Shown: piece after piece, positions 1 through 10,835 of the stretch
Layout of the letters: every line of letters starts with the position of its first letter
How positions within the stretch are numbered: position 1 is the stretch's first letter
Virus record (IMG/VR): IMGVR_UViG_3300044825_001015
Span: 32,001-96,000 of that record
DNA: 64,000 nt
DNA from: a virus
Direction: 5' to 3' (one strand)
Translations under genes and position numbers: made by a program
The notes under the pieces: generated by a model
What the model saw: only the letters and a program-made list of their open reading frames with translations
What the model was told of the DNA's origin: nothing
Databases searched by the model: none

Positions 1-876
1 GCACCAAGTTCAACTCCAACAGTAGTAATTACAGATGCACAAACTGGAGCATCTGTAGTAACTGGTACTGCAACTTTAATAGACTCTGACTATGAGGGGG
101 ACTATGAGTATGAACTTCCATCAACAGCAACTAACTTTGATAGAGTCCTAAAGGCAGTATGGTCTTATTCAAAAAATGGCAAGAACATAACCGAAACAGA
201 GTATATTTATGTTGTTACTCCTTATGCAACAATAGACGAAATAGTTGCTGAATTAGGATACTCTTCAAGGCCAGAGGATAGTAATTACTTCCCATTTGAG
301 AAAGTAACATCTGCCGAAAGAGCAGCGAGAATGATCATAAATAATGAACTAGGCTTTGAAATGACTAGATCATTAAAGACCGTTTCTGCATACGGCTCTG
401 GCGCAGATACACTAGTACTTCCAGAAAGAATAATTTCTATTAATACATTAACTCAAAATGATGAGTTGATGATAGACATACCAAATAATTACAATAACTT
501 TGGTTACGAGGTAGAAATTACAGAGACTAGTTATGGAATTAGAATTATTCCAACAACTATCGGTGACGATGTTTCAGAGAGCGAGCAACTTGAAGCCTTA
601 GGAATTGATACTGGAAGATTTAAAAATGGATATAGATACGACGTTACTGGTATATTTGGATGGAGTTACATTCCAGCAGAAATAAAACAATGTGTGTTCC
701 TTTTAGTTAATGATTTGCTGTGTAATGAATCAATGTGGCGATCAAAATATATCAATAAGATAAATAGTGGCTCAATGTCAGTAGAGTTTTCTAATTTATC
801 ATTTACTGGTACTGGAAACGCTTTAGTTGATGCTATTCTACAAAAATTTAAAATGATACAGGCCGTGATTATTTAA
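1..876 (+). CDS. Head-to-tail adaptor (5' truncated by window edge)
   Basis: Frame of ORF 331..876 is open back to base 1. It has a 'VTPYATIDE' motif and a C-terminal 'VTGIFGW..IP.EIKQ' adaptor-like motif, and is first in the head-tail joining cluster. Confidence 0.7.
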   Translation, partial: APSSTPTVVITDAQTGASVVTGTATLIDSDYEGDYEYELPSTATNFDRVLKAVWSYSKNGKNITETEYIYVVTPYATIDEIVAELGYSSRPEDSNYFPFEKVTSAERAARMIINNELGFEMTRSLKTVSAYGSGADTLVLPERIISINTLTQNDELMIDIPNNYNNFGYEVEITETSYGIRIIPTTIGDDVSESEQLEALGIDTGRFKNGYRYDVTGIFGWSYIPAEIKQCVFLLVNDLLCNESMWRSKYINKINSGSMSVEFSNLSFTGTGNALVDAILQKFKMIQAVII

Positions 877-1301
877 TGTATGGATGCCTTCAGAGTTCTT
901 TATTTTCTATGACGGCAGAAATTCTACAACAAACTAGCCATCAGAATGAAAAAACAAATTCGGTAACTAGAAAATGGCAATTGTTAAAAAACATTAATTG
1001 CTTAGTTGTTCCTATTAGAGAGAGTGGTGGATCTGCCACTTCAGACAACAAAACATTTTCTAAAGAATATATGGAGGATTTGGAAATAAAACTTCATACT
1101 TCTGAAAGATTAAGTAAAAGATGGCGAGTAACAAAGATTTTAAACAGAAAAAATGAAGAACTTTATGTTGAGATAGATAGAATATCCAACCCAAGCACGA
1201 TATTTGAAGTGTATGCATCCCACCCGATATTTGATGTATTTGGAAACATACAGTACTTTGAAAATCATTTAAAGAGGGTAACTGTACAAAATAATGATTA
1301 A
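876..1301 (+). CDS. Head-to-tail stopper / head closure protein
   Basis: Size and position after the adaptor; TAATG stop-start coupling. Confidence 0.55.
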   Translation: MYGCLQSSLFSMTAEILQQTSHQNEKTNSVTRKWQLLKNINCLVVPIRESGGSATSDNKTFSKEYMEDLEIKLHTSERLSKRWRVTKILNRKNEELYVEIDRISNPSTIFEVYASHPIFDVFGNIQYFENHLKRVTVQNND

Positions 1302-2019
1302 GATGAGAGTAGATCAAATATCTGCAAATAAAATGTATCTAGAAATACAGAATAAAATAGATGGCATTAAAGAACTTGATTCTTCTTTAACAAAAAGACA
1401 ACTAATGGATGTTGCATTTTCTGCAGCAGCAATAAAATTTGTTAAAAGAACAAATATGACTGCTAGGTCTAATAAAGCAGCATTTCACCACGTTTATGAA
1501 TGGGGTGGAGTAGGTGCTGAAACATCTAGATTGTTTAGAATTCTAAAAAGAAATGCATCTCCTGGATCTGCAGAAGTTTACTACAAATTTCTTAACTCAA
1601 GAAAAAATGCTCCAATTGCTCCAGCGCTAAAAAGCCCAGGTAGAACTGGCAGAGTAGTAAGTAAAAGTGGTGTTTTTAAAAGAAAAGCAGAAGTCATGGA
1701 AAGTGGCTCAGGAGTTTCATTTGTCACTTCAAGAACCATTGCTATGGCACCAGGAGGCTCAATTGTATTCGTACCCCCAGGTAAGACTATAAATATTAAA
1801 AATCCTGGAGGCCCAGCAACAGCAGGATCATTTGGCAGACACTTTAGACAATGGTGGGAAGTAAACTTTCCTCATATACTTGATGAAAAAGGAATAACGA
1901 CAAAATTAGAGAAGAGTGTTGCTGCTGCACTTCAAAGAAAAGGCGCGGGTAAAGATGCTGCTAGGAGAGCAATATCCAGTACTCTAAATAGATACAAAGT
2001 TATAGGAAGTGTATTATAA
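1294..2019 (+). CDS. Neck/tail completion protein
   Basis: Basic protein with an 'HHVYEW' motif, located between the stopper and the tail terminator. Confidence 0.45.
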   Translation: MIKMRVDQISANKMYLEIQNKIDGIKELDSSLTKRQLMDVAFSAAAIKFVKRTNMTARSNKAAFHHVYEWGGVGAETSRLFRILKRNASPGSAEVYYKFLNSRKNAPIAPALKSPGRTGRVVSKSGVFKRKAEVMESGSGVSFVTSRTIAMAPGGSIVFVPPGKTINIKNPGGPATAGSFGRHFRQWWEVNFPHILDEKGITTKLEKSVAAALQRKGAGKDAARRAISSTLNRYKVIGSVL

Positions 2020-2528
2020 TGGCAGACTACAATGAAAATGCAAGATATGTAATTAATGCTTTCTTATGGGATGAACTAAAGTCATCTGGAATTTTAAATG
2101 AAAGTGATTACAGACCAGACGGGTTTTTACAAACAATTATTCCAATAGTGCCATCACAAGAAATACCAGAGTTTAATAACTTACTACCTAATGCTACATA
2201 TATTATTTATGACTATGAAGTAGAGGGATATTCAGATGACTGGTTTATATGTGAAGAAATAATGTCTTATACGATAGTATCCTCAGAATATGAGAAAATA
2301 TCACAAATATCAGAATTTATGATTGATTTATTTAGAAGAGTAGATGCATCTGGTAAAGATGTTCAAAGATTTAATCCAGAAAGTTCTATCCTTAAGTTTT
2401 ATACAGTTTCATTGAATAGCGTATCTTCTCCGACTCCATACGAGTCTGAAAATGGAAGAATGGCAGGGGCAGTAGAAATAGCATATAAATACTCCAGAAT
2501 ACTAAATTCTTCTGGTAGGTTCGCTTAA
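2019..2528 (+). CDS. Tail terminator protein
   Basis: Acidic 169-aa protein immediately upstream of the major tail protein. Confidence 0.55.
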   Translation: MADYNENARYVINAFLWDELKSSGILNESDYRPDGFLQTIIPIVPSQEIPEFNNLLPNATYIIYDYEVEGYSDDWFICEEIMSYTIVSSEYEKISQISEFMIDLFRRVDASGKDVQRFNPESSILKFYTVSLNSVSSPTPYESENGRMAGAVEIAYKYSRILNSSGRFA

Positions 2529-2550
2529 TCTTTGTCCCATCTATGTATCA

Positions 2551-2600
2551 TGTTATTATATAGATGAGGAATGATCCAACTGGATATTAAATTAATATCC
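2551..2600 (+). promoter_or_regulatory. Extended -10 (TGTTATTAT) plus perfect inverted repeat GGATATTAA-A-TTAATATCC upstream of major tail gene
   Basis: Seen at 2551-2559 and 2582-2600; SD-like AAGGTAGGTG follows. Confidence 0.5.
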
Positions 2601-2619
2601 GAAAGGTAGGTGTAAATTA

Positions 2620-3330
2620 ATGGCCGATAAGGGTGAAGTTAGGAATATTATCGTTGGAGCCGCACAGGTCTTCATCTCAAAGGGAGACTCAACAGCCCCA
2701 ACAAATTACAAGAAGTCAATGCCAGTCTTTGGAACAGCAAAAAGCGCTGCTTCATACCTGGAGAGTGACGATGTAGCAAATTGGAGAAACGTAGGCTTTA
2801 CATCAGAAGGTTTTGAGATTTCTTACGAACCACAATATGGTGAAGTTGAAGTTGACCAGTTGCTTGACTCTGCTCGTATCTTCAAGACCCAGTTGAGAGT
2901 TATGCTTCGTACCTCTATGTCTGAGGGTACTCTTCAAAATGTTCGTACTGCTTTTGGTCAGGCTAATGACACTCAGGTAAATACTGTTTACTCTGACGGT
3001 GGCGCAGCCTCAACAGCAGCATCAGCATACGGAGGTACCCTTGATGCTGGTGGAACAAGCAACGTATTGAGACTTTCTGCAGGATCTCTAGGTGAGGCTC
3101 CTGTTGAAAGATCATTGATTGCTGTCGGTCCTGGACCAACAACAGCAACCAATACAACAAAGACAGAAAGAGTTTATCTCGCTCGTCGTGTTCTTTCCAT
3201 GGAGACTGTATCCCACGCTCTCCGTAGAAACGAGGCTACCGTATACCCAGTTACATTCCGTTGTCTCCCAGATGACGATTATGTAAATGCAGAATATGGT
3301 GAAATTTTAGACCGTGTATACACAGCCTAA
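2620..3330 (+). CDS. Major tail (tube) protein
   Basis: 'NIIVGAA', 'VGFTSEG.EISYEP.YGEVEVDQLLD' and 'PVTFRCLP' tail-tube motifs; followed by a terminator and the chaperone gene. Confidence 0.85.
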   Translation: MADKGEVRNIIVGAAQVFISKGDSTAPTNYKKSMPVFGTAKSAASYLESDDVANWRNVGFTSEGFEISYEPQYGEVEVDQLLDSARIFKTQLRVMLRTSMSEGTLQNVRTAFGQANDTQVNTVYSDGGAASTAASAYGGTLDAGGTSNVLRLSAGSLGEAPVERSLIAVGPGPTTATNTTKTERVYLARRVLSMETVSHALRRNEATVYPVTFRCLPDDDYVNAEYGEILDRVYTA

Positions 3331-3352
3331 ATCCTAATAACTAAATAGTTTT

Positions 3353-3393
3353 AAGGTAGACACCCCGCTCAAAAGGCGGGGTTCTATCTTTAT
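3353..3393 (+). terminator. Rho-independent terminator
   Basis: CCCCGC-tcaaaag-GCGGGG stem, extended by AAGGTAGA/TCTATCTT, with a T-rich tail. Confidence 0.75.
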
Positions 3394-3443
3394 GTCTTTG
3401 CCCCCTATTTTGGTATAATTTAATTAAGTTATTAGGAGGAAAA

Positions 3444-3779
3444 TTGGCTACTGTTATTTATGATACAGCAGAGTTAGAATTAGAAAATGGCGAGGTTATT
3501 GTAGTTAAGCCTCTGCCAATCAAGACCCTAAAGAAGTTTATGTCTGTCATTCAAGAGATGGATTCAGAGAATATTAAGACTGAAGAAGATGCAATGAATG
3601 TTTTCATCAAAGCAGCCATGGTTTGCTTAGAAAAGACAGCACCAGAATTGTCAAAGGACAGAGAGGCTTTTGAGGAAGCAGTCAATGTACCAACAATGAT
3701 GAAAATTCTGGAGGTTTGTGGAGGTCTGAAACTTAACGACCCAAACCTTCTAGGGGCGGCTCTAGTTGGGACGAACTAG
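3444..3779 (+). CDS. Tail assembly chaperone (G)
   Basis: Lies between major tail and tape measure genes; SD AGGAGG; upstream TGGTATAAT at 3411. Confidence 0.85.
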   Translation: MATVIYDTAELELENGEVIVVKPLPIKTLKKFMSVIQEMDSENIKTEEDAMNVFIKAAMVCLEKTAPELSKDREAFEEAVNVPTMMKILEVCGGLKLNDPNLLGAALVGTN

Positions 3780-4060
3780 ATCTAGCAGCCCTAGAGTCTG
3801 AGGTGTTCTTAATTGGTAACTGGAAAAGTTACGATGAACTTGAAGAACAATTGTCCATCGATGAATTGCTTGCCACACTCAATTCAATCAGAAAGCAAAA
3901 AAGAGAGGAGCAAAAGTTTCTTGCAGCGTTACAAGGGGTTGACCTCTCCGATACTGAGCCAGCAGACATTACAGAACTTTCTGGCTACCATGCTGCAGAG
4001 GCAGGCTTTGGTATAGGAATGGGTATTGGACATGCTAAGGTGGAGGTAGTTGATGTATGA
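3444..4060 (+). CDS. Tail assembly chaperone G-T fusion via -1 frameshift
   Basis: Slippery heptamer C CCA AAC at 3740-3746. The -1 frame is open from 3737 (..SWDELDLAALESEVFLIGNWK..) into ORF 3803..4060. Confidence 0.8.
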
Positions 4061-7000
4061 GCCGTATAGATCTTAATATTGTTGCGACTGGGCAGTTTGG
4101 ACAAGTAGAAACTGCTCTATCTAGATTAAGGGCACAAGTTGCTGCTCTTAATACACAGATGGCTGGGATAGGTGGAGTTGACCCAGCAACAATAAGATCT
4201 GTTCAATCATACGTTAATAGTTTTAATGAAGTAATAGATAGAAGCGGAATGTTTGATCGTCATATGGTAAATATGACGACAGAAACAGAAAGATTTGGAC
4301 GCAGCCTACAGCAAAATAGACTTAGATTAAGCGAATACTCTAGAGCAATTAGAGAATTCCGCAGAGGCGAGATGGGCCAAATCAAGCAACTTGCTAGAGA
4401 GCAAGTTAGAATGATGAACGCTACATCAATGATGATGCCTGATGGTAGAGCGCAAGTTATAGTTCCCAGAGGCATTGATGAGGCAATAGATAAGCAAAAA
4501 ATTCTTAATCAAGAATACAGAATTTTTAGACAAACTGTTCAAGGTGCCTCTACTCAATTAATTAACTGGGGTAAGAATACACAATGGGCTGGTCGTCAAT
4601 TAACTGTAGGTCTTACCGTTCCACTCACCATCTTTGGAGCAGCCGCTGGCAAGATGTTCATGGATGTTGATAAGGAACTGACAAGACTAGGCAAGGTTTA
4701 TGGAGGAACTGCTGGTAAAATTGCTAGCCCAACTCAGGTCGCTGCAATTAGAGAACAAACACAGGCACTCGCTAAAGAACTTGCAGCATCTATGGGAATT
4801 GCCGCACAGGAAACAGCAGGACTCGCTGCTGATATCGCTGCTACTGGCGCAGAGGGCGCGGACCTAATTGCAGCAACTAGAGAGTCTGTTAGATTATCAG
4901 TACTTGGTGAAGTCGATAGGCAAGAGGCCATGAGAGCAACCCTTGCTATTCAAAGCGTATTTAAGAAAAGTAATGAAGAGTTAGCAGACTCTATTAACTT
5001 CCTTAACTCAGTAGAAAACCAAACATCAACAACTCTGAATGATTTAGTAACTGGAATTGTTAAGGCTGGTCCAGTAGTTGAAGGTCTTGGCGGAAGTATT
5101 CAAGATCTTGCTATGATGATGGTTGCTATGCGTGAAGGTGGAGTTCCTGCTGCCGAAGCCGCCAACGCTATTAAATCTTCAATGGGTTCTTTAATTAATC
5201 CAACAAAAGTAACCTCAGAGCAGTTTAAAGAAATGGGAATTAACCTAAGAGGTTTAGTAGATAAGAATGCTGGAGATTTAATTGGAACACTTAAAGCATT
5301 ACAAGATGAATTAAGCACACTTGATGAACTAAGTCGTCAGCGTGCTATTGAGCAACTGTTTGGAAAGTATCAGTTCGCTAGAATAAATGCATTGCTTGAT
5401 AATCTTGGAAGAGCAGGAAGCCAGACAGAAGAAGTAACTAAACTAGCGGCACTTAGCGCAGAACAGTTAGCAAAAACTGCAGAAAACGAGTTAAAGGTTC
5501 TTACAGAATCAGCAAGCATGAGATTCCAAAGAGCATTAGAAACAATTAAGGCAAATCTTATTCCTATCGGAGAGACATTTGTCAATATTGGAACCGTTCT
5601 TTTAGAAATAGGAAATAGAGTATTCGAAATATTTAATAGTCTTCCACAGCCAGTACAAAACTTTATCAAGGGTCTTGGCTTGTTTGTTGGACTTGCTGGA
5701 CCAATTATTATGATTACTGGCGTTATGGGCAACTTCCTTGGATACATAGTCAAGGGTGCGGGGGCCATGCTTGCCCTAAAGAGAGCGGGAAGAGGAGCAT
5801 TTGAATACTTTACTCCAGAATCAGTTGCTGCTAGAACAGCAAGCGAACTTTTGACAGGCGCAGTTTATAACCAAACAGAAGCATTTGGAGTTATGAATGC
5901 AGCCCTAGAAACGCTTAACCAAAATCTTAAAGAAATGTCTATGAACTTAAGAAATGCACAAAATGCATCTACTGGAATGGCTGGAGCAGCCATGGCTGCC
6001 GCAGAAGGATCAGCAGTAGTTAGTGGTGGTCGTATAGATCCAGAAAGCATTACTGGAACAATGTATTATGATGAGCATTCAAAGTACAGAGGCTTTGAAA
6101 GAAGTCATAATATTCCAGTACTGACTGGCATGGAGCGCGACTATCAAACATCTGCAATTATTTTGCCAGACTACATGACTGCTGAAAGATCATTCCAAAG
6201 TGCCTCAAAGACTTGGACCCCACAATTCTATGATCCAAGTTCTGGTATGACTAGAAGAGAGTTCCTTGCTCAAAATGCTGATACCGCAGCAGCAAGAAAT
6301 CTTATTTCTAACCCTAAGTCTGCTTTTACAGATGAGGGACTAGCGAGACTTGCTCCAACCAGAGAGGAATATAAGCAAAGTGCTACCGCCTATCTTGCTG
6401 GTCTTAAAACTCTAGTAAATAATACTAACAAAGAGACTATGGATGCCCTAAAGAGTGCTAAGGCCAGGGGTGACTTTGCTGGAATGCGAGCAATAATTGA
6501 AAGAGCGATTTCTGAAAATAAAATAGCCTATCAAGGCTATGTAAACGAAATTTCAACTTCCTTAGACGCATCTGGTCAAACAATGGAGCAGATGACTAAG
6601 GCCGCTATGGGGCTAGAGAGCCAGATCAGTCCAAAGTCTGGAATGTTCGCTACAATCAAAGAAGGTCGCGGATTTAATGCCTACTTATACTCACTTATGG
6701 GAGGAGGCATAGCAGATGTTAATAATCAAATGATGGCTGCTGCCCAGGCTCTTATTAATCCTGTAGGATCACAAGCATCTCAATTTATATCTCAAGCAAG
6801 AGCAGCGGGCATGAAGTTGGCTGGATACACTAGCGCTAAGGGTAAAAAATATATAGTAGACTTCACAAATGGTATAGAGCAGGCAACAGTATATGCAGTT
6901 AATAGTTCTACTGGTCAAATTGAAAAAGTTATAAAGGGTGCAGTAGCAAAGAAGATGGCCTCCTCTCCACAGGCTCAGGCTGCAATTGCTAGACATGACT

Positions 7001-10000
7001 CCGCAGTAGCGAGACTTGATGCTATGACAAAGGCTGATATAGATTCTGCAACTGCCGCACTTAATGCAGCATCTGGACAGAACACTCCAGGAGTGCCAGC
7101 CCCAGGACGACAGCCAGGAAGATTTAGTAGGTTTATGGGTGGCGCTGGAGGAATGGGTCTTATGGGTGGAATGTCTGCCCTCTCCATGCTAGGTGGTGCC
7201 ACTCAGGGTAATGCTGCCATGAGCATTCTAGGAACAACTGGAATGGGTGCCTCATTAGGAATGATGGCTGGACCTAAAGGTGCCGCTGCTGGAGCCGCCA
7301 TAGGCGCACTCGCAGGAACATTTATGTCAGCAAAATCTAATATGGATGAAGTTAGGGCCAATGCAAAGAAGTTAGCAGATAGCATGTCACTTAGCGCTAG
7401 CGCTCTAGATCAAACCGCAGAGTTCTTTGGCAATACAACTATGGTTAGTAGAGCATCTGCAGAAAGTGTTCTTGAAGGTACTGGGATTAGACAAAAGCAA
7501 CTGACTCAGGGACAAGAGTACCTTGCTAGCGAGGCAGGGCAAAAGTTTGTAGAAGGATTCTCACAAGGAATTAATTCTTATGGATTCAATACTGCATTAG
7601 ATGGAATGGCTAGAAACCTAGCAACAATGGTTATGCAAGGCGCACTCTCCTTTGAGGATGCTGAAGGAATTTCTGCTGCTATGGCAGAACAATTGAATAT
7701 GCCTACACTAACTGCAAAAGTTCAAGGTGAATTGACCAGCATACTTGGTCCAGATGGAAGAGATGTGTTGAAGAGGCCAATTACTGTAGCCTTAGAAATA
7801 CAAGAAGAGAATATGAGGCAAGCCGCCCAAATGCAGGCAGCCGTATTAAGCCAAGAAATTGGTGATATCCAGCCAACCATTACACAGTCCATACTTACAG
7901 GGATACTTGGGCCTACTGGAATTGCGCTTCAAGAAATAGGAAATATGGACATACCAGGACTTTCTGGATGGGTTAGAGATTTAAGAGGTTTTGTAAATCA
8001 AGATTATTCTACTGCGGTAGCAGGAGTTACTGCATTAGGAAAGACCATAGGGAACCAATTAAGAACTGCATATGACAACATCAATGTTGCAAAGCAAAGA
8101 TACAATGATCTAGAAAAAGAAGCCCTTGCTATGGAAAAGGGTCCAGAAAGAAAGCGGGCCTTAGCAGAACTAGATAGAGAAAAGAGAAAAATTGGTGAAC
8201 TAGAGCAATCATATGAAGAGATGAGAAAGCAATCAAGCGAGTACTTTGGAGATATACTTGCTCAAGATGCTGGACTTGCGGCTGAATACTTAGGTTCTAT
8301 GTCAGAATCAGTTAAAGAGATGTTTGCTGGAACTGCAGAAGATCCTGCAGCACAGGCTTTAATTGGACTATTGTCTGGAATGGATCAGCAACTTCAAGCA
8401 GATGTTATGCTCAATATATCTTCTGGACAAATGTCTCCTACTGCTGCTATGTCATTTATAAACATGCTCGGAGGCGGAGAGGATGCTGTTAAGGCATTTA
8501 ATATTGTTGTAGAGTCACAAGGAATAACTGGCGCAAATGAGATGCTACTAAAATTAATGCAAATTGAAGATGAAGAGTTAAGAAAGACATTAATTCTACA
8601 ATTAGTAGCAGAATCTGGCGGAGAAGACTATGCTATGGGAATGACTGATGAAGAGAAGGCAACCCTAGAATCAGATTTAGAAGATCTTAAGCAAAAAAGA
8701 GATGACTTGCTTAATAGGAAAGAAAAAGGAACACTATTCTCTGCAGTTAAGCCAGATTTTTACGATGACGACATTGCAGATGTTGAGGCAGATATTGCTA
8801 GCATAGAGCAAAGATTGGCAGATGCGGAAGCACGGGCTAATCAAGTAGCATCAGAAACTGATGGTGGATACACTATGCCAGTAGATTCCGCACGGTACGC
8901 AGCACAGATTCCAGGTGCTGATGTTAAAGATATAATCGCTCCAAGTTTAAAGACAGTAACAGACTATAATCTAGCATTACAGGAACTTGATAAATTAAAT
9001 GTAGCGCCAGATGTAGATCTAAGCCAAGTAGATGGTATGACCCAGGAAACATTGTCTAATGTAACCAGCATCCTTCAAGAAATTTTAGCGCTACCAGATG
9101 ACATTGTAAAAAGTATAGATGTTAACGCCGTATCAGCAATGGGAGATCTTTCCAGATTTGAAGTTAATTGGAAGAAAGTAGATTCATTCCAAGATATAGA
9201 AAAGCAACTAGGAATGGCAGACAACTTCTCTGACACATTTAATAAATTTGGAATAAATTACTCAGAGTTTGCAGCACTTCCAAATATTGTTAAGTACATG
9301 ATTATGTACTATGTTGAACTTTTAATGAAAATTAATGCTCAAATTACAGCATTAGCAGGAACTGCAGCAACTGAGGGTCCAGAGGCTGGAAATAGAGCAA
9401 TTGAAGGATTAAGAACCCAAGCCGCAACTATTATGGATACTGTAAAGGGAATTATTTCTTCTGCTCAAGGATCTGGATATACTCCAAGCACTACTACTAG
9501 TCCTCCAAGCACTACTTCTGGTGGAGATGGCGGGTCTGGAGGAGGAGGAAAAGATAAGAATCCATATGAAGATCTTATCAAGCAACAAAATAAACTTATA
9601 GATGGAATAAGAAGAGAAAGAGAAGAGAGGCAAAGAGTTTTAAGACTTCAAGAAGAATCTCTTAATTTTATGCTGAAGCAGCAAGGTCTGCAAAATCAAA
9701 TTGCCCGTGCTAGGGCGGAGGGCAACCTTGCAGAAGCAGCATTATTACAGGCACAAAAAGATATAGATGCACAGCAGAGAGAGCGCGAACTTGAAGAAGA
9801 GAGAAGGCAGCAAGCAGAAGATCGTGAAATCCGCAAGAGAGAGCAAATTATTGAAATTCTTGAAAAGGGAGGAAAGTTTGCTGAAAAACTTGCTGCTGCA
9901 ATAAAGAGACTTGATGGTGCTATCCCATATAGCCTTTTAGATGGTCGCGGAGGTAAGGGTAAAGGCAAGGGTAAGGGTAAAGCATTTGGAGGAATGATTT

Positions 10001-10365
10001 CTGGTCCAGGAGGCCCAAGAGATGACCTTATACCTGTAATGCTTTCAAACGGAGAATTTGTTGTTCAGGCTTCTGCCGTAGATAAGTATGGCGTTGGATT
10101 TATGCAAATGATTAATAATAAGCAACTTGATGGATTTGCTGGCGGAGGCTACTCATCAAGATACCCAGGAATGGTTGCTAAGATGGCTATTGGTGGTCAA
10201 GTAATGAGAGCGTCTGGAAGTGCATTGTTAGCAAACAATAATACAGAGTATAATATAGAAGTAAATGTTGCTGGAACAAATGCTTCCCCAGATGATATTG
10301 CAACAGAAGTTATTAGAGCCATTGAAAGAAGACAAAGAATGAAGGGGACGATGATCAGAATATGA
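4057..10365 (+). CDS. Tape measure protein
   Basis: 2102 aa, Ala/Gly-rich helical protein with a TP901-type core, hydrophobic segments and a C-terminal 'GPGGPRDDLIPVMLSNGEFVV' motif. Confidence 0.95.
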   Translation: MSRIDLNIVATGQFGQVETALSRLRAQVAALNTQMAGIGGVDPATIRSVQSYVNSFNEVIDRSGMFDRHMVNMTTETERFGRSLQQNRLRLSEYSRAIREFRRGEMGQIKQLAREQVRMMNATSMMMPDGRAQVIVPRGIDEAIDKQKILNQEYRIFRQTVQGASTQLINWGKNTQWAGRQLTVGLTVPLTIFGAAAGKMFMDVDKELTRLGKVYGGTAGKIASPTQVAAIREQTQALAKELAASMGIAAQETAGLAADIAATGAEGADLIAATRESVRLSVLGEVDRQEAMRATLAIQSVFKKSNEELADSINFLNSVENQTSTTLNDLVTGIVKAGPVVEGLGGSIQDLAMMMVAMREGGVPAAEAANAIKSSMGSLINPTKVTSEQFKEMGINLRGLVDKNAGDLIGTLKALQDELSTLDELSRQRAIEQLFGKYQFARINALLDNLGRAGSQTEEVTKLAALSAEQLAKTAENELKVLTESASMRFQRALETIKANLIPIGETFVNIGTVLLEIGNRVFEIFNSLPQPVQNFIKGLGLFVGLAGPIIMITGVMGNFLGYIVKGAGAMLALKRAGRGAFEYFTPESVAARTASELLTGAVYNQTEAFGVMNAALETLNQNLKEMSMNLRNAQNASTGMAGAAMAAAEGSAVVSGGRIDPESITGTMYYDEHSKYRGFERSHNIPVLTGMERDYQTSAIILPDYMTAERSFQSASKTWTPQFYDPSSGMTRREFLAQNADTAAARNLISNPKSAFTDEGLARLAPTREEYKQSATAYLAGLKTLVNNTNKETMDALKSAKARGDFAGMRAIIERAISENKIAYQGYVNEISTSLDASGQTMEQMTKAAMGLESQISPKSGMFATIKEGRGFNAYLYSLMGGGIADVNNQMMAAAQALINPVGSQASQFISQARAAGMKLAGYTSAKGKKYIVDFTNGIEQATVYAVNSSTGQIEKVIKGAVAKKMASSPQAQAAIARHDSAVARLDAMTKADIDSATAALNAASGQNTPGVPAPGRQPGRFSRFMGGAGGMGLMGGMSALSMLGGATQGNAAMSILGTTGMGASLGMMAGPKGAAAGAAIGALAGTFMSAKSNMDEVRANAKKLADSMSLSASALDQTAEFFGNTTMVSRASAESVLEGTGIRQKQLTQGQEYLASEAGQKFVEGFSQGINSYGFNTALDGMARNLATMVMQGALSFEDAEGISAAMAEQLNMPTLTAKVQGELTSILGPDGRDVLKRPITVALEIQEENMRQAAQMQAAVLSQEIGDIQPTITQSILTGILGPTGIALQEIGNMDIPGLSGWVRDLRGFVNQDYSTAVAGVTALGKTIGNQLRTAYDNINVAKQRYNDLEKEALAMEKGPERKRALAELDREKRKIGELEQSYEEMRKQSSEYFGDILAQDAGLAAEYLGSMSESVKEMFAGTAEDPAAQALIGLLSGMDQQLQADVMLNISSGQMSPTAAMSFINMLGGGEDAVKAFNIVVESQGITGANEMLLKLMQIEDEELRKTLILQLVAESGGEDYAMGMTDEEKATLESDLEDLKQKRDDLLNRKEKGTLFSAVKPDFYDDDIADVEADIASIEQRLADAEARANQVASETDGGYTMPVDSARYAAQIPGADVKDIIAPSLKTVTDYNLALQELDKLNVAPDVDLSQVDGMTQETLSNVTSILQEILALPDDIVKSIDVNAVSAMGDLSRFEVNWKKVDSFQDIEKQLGMADNFSDTFNKFGINYSEFAALPNIVKYMIMYYVELLMKINAQITALAGTAATEGPEAGNRAIEGLRTQAATIMDTVKGIISSAQGSGYTPSTTTSPPSTTSGGDGGSGGGGKDKNPYEDLIKQQNKLIDGIRREREERQRVLRLQEESLNFMLKQQGLQNQIARARAEGNLAEAALLQAQKDIDAQQRERELEEERRQQAEDREIRKREQIIEILEKGGKFAEKLAAAIKRLDGAIPYSLLDGRGGKGKGKGKGKAFGGMISGPGGPRDDLIPVMLSNGEFVVQASAVDKYGVGFMQMINNKQLDGFAGGGYSSRYPGMVAKMAIGGQVMRASGSALLANNNTEYNIEVNVAGTNASPDDIATEVIRAIERRQRMKGTMIRI

Positions 10366-10835
10366 CCTTCTCAACACCAAGCGTTATAAAACTTTCTGTA
10401 GTTGGAGGAAATGCTACAGAATTTGATAATTTAAATTCAGGCGGCGCCCTCACATTGTCTGATCATTCTAGATCCCCATTGTCCGTATCCTATGATGTTT
10501 TGAGCAAGTCTGACAGAATGGCAGATGGAACATTGAAGAGATATGTTGTCGCTAGAAAGAAAATAATTCAATGTCAATGGTCTATGCTTCCAACAATCAG
10601 AAGCCAGGTTGCAGATGGAAATGCTGATGCAAGAGACATGAAAGAGTTTTATGAGTCTAATTTATATAGGCCCATGAGTATGACTTTATACTATAATAGA
10701 AATACTGCAGAGCGATCTGGCGGGGCGTATGCAGAAACACTATCAGTCTATTGGAACAATTTCACATTTGATGTAGTAAAAAGATATAAGAACTTTGACT
10801 ACTGGAATGTAACAGCAGAATTTTTGGAGATATAA
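10362..10835 (+). CDS. Distal tail (Dit-like) minor tail protein
   Basis: Directly after the TMP; 'RMADGTLKRYVVARK' motif. Confidence 0.65.
   Translation: MTFSTPSVIKLSVVGGNATEFDNLNSGGALTLSDHSRSPLSVSYDVLSKSDRMADGTLKRYVVARKKIIQCQWSMLPTIRSQVADGNADARDMKEFYESNLYRPMSMTLYYNRNTAERSGGAYAETLSVYWNNFTFDVVKRYKNFDYWNVTAEFLEI

Noticed and set aside
4260-9968. Many minus-strand ORFs within the tape measure gene (also within dnaE and the fibres)
   Set aside because: Antisense shadows caused by codon bias; no SD or recognisable motifs.
9480-9981. GKGKGKGK and T/S/G runs in the TMP; poly-Gly at about 16135
   Set aside because: Low-complexity linkers with varied codons, not DNA-level repeats.
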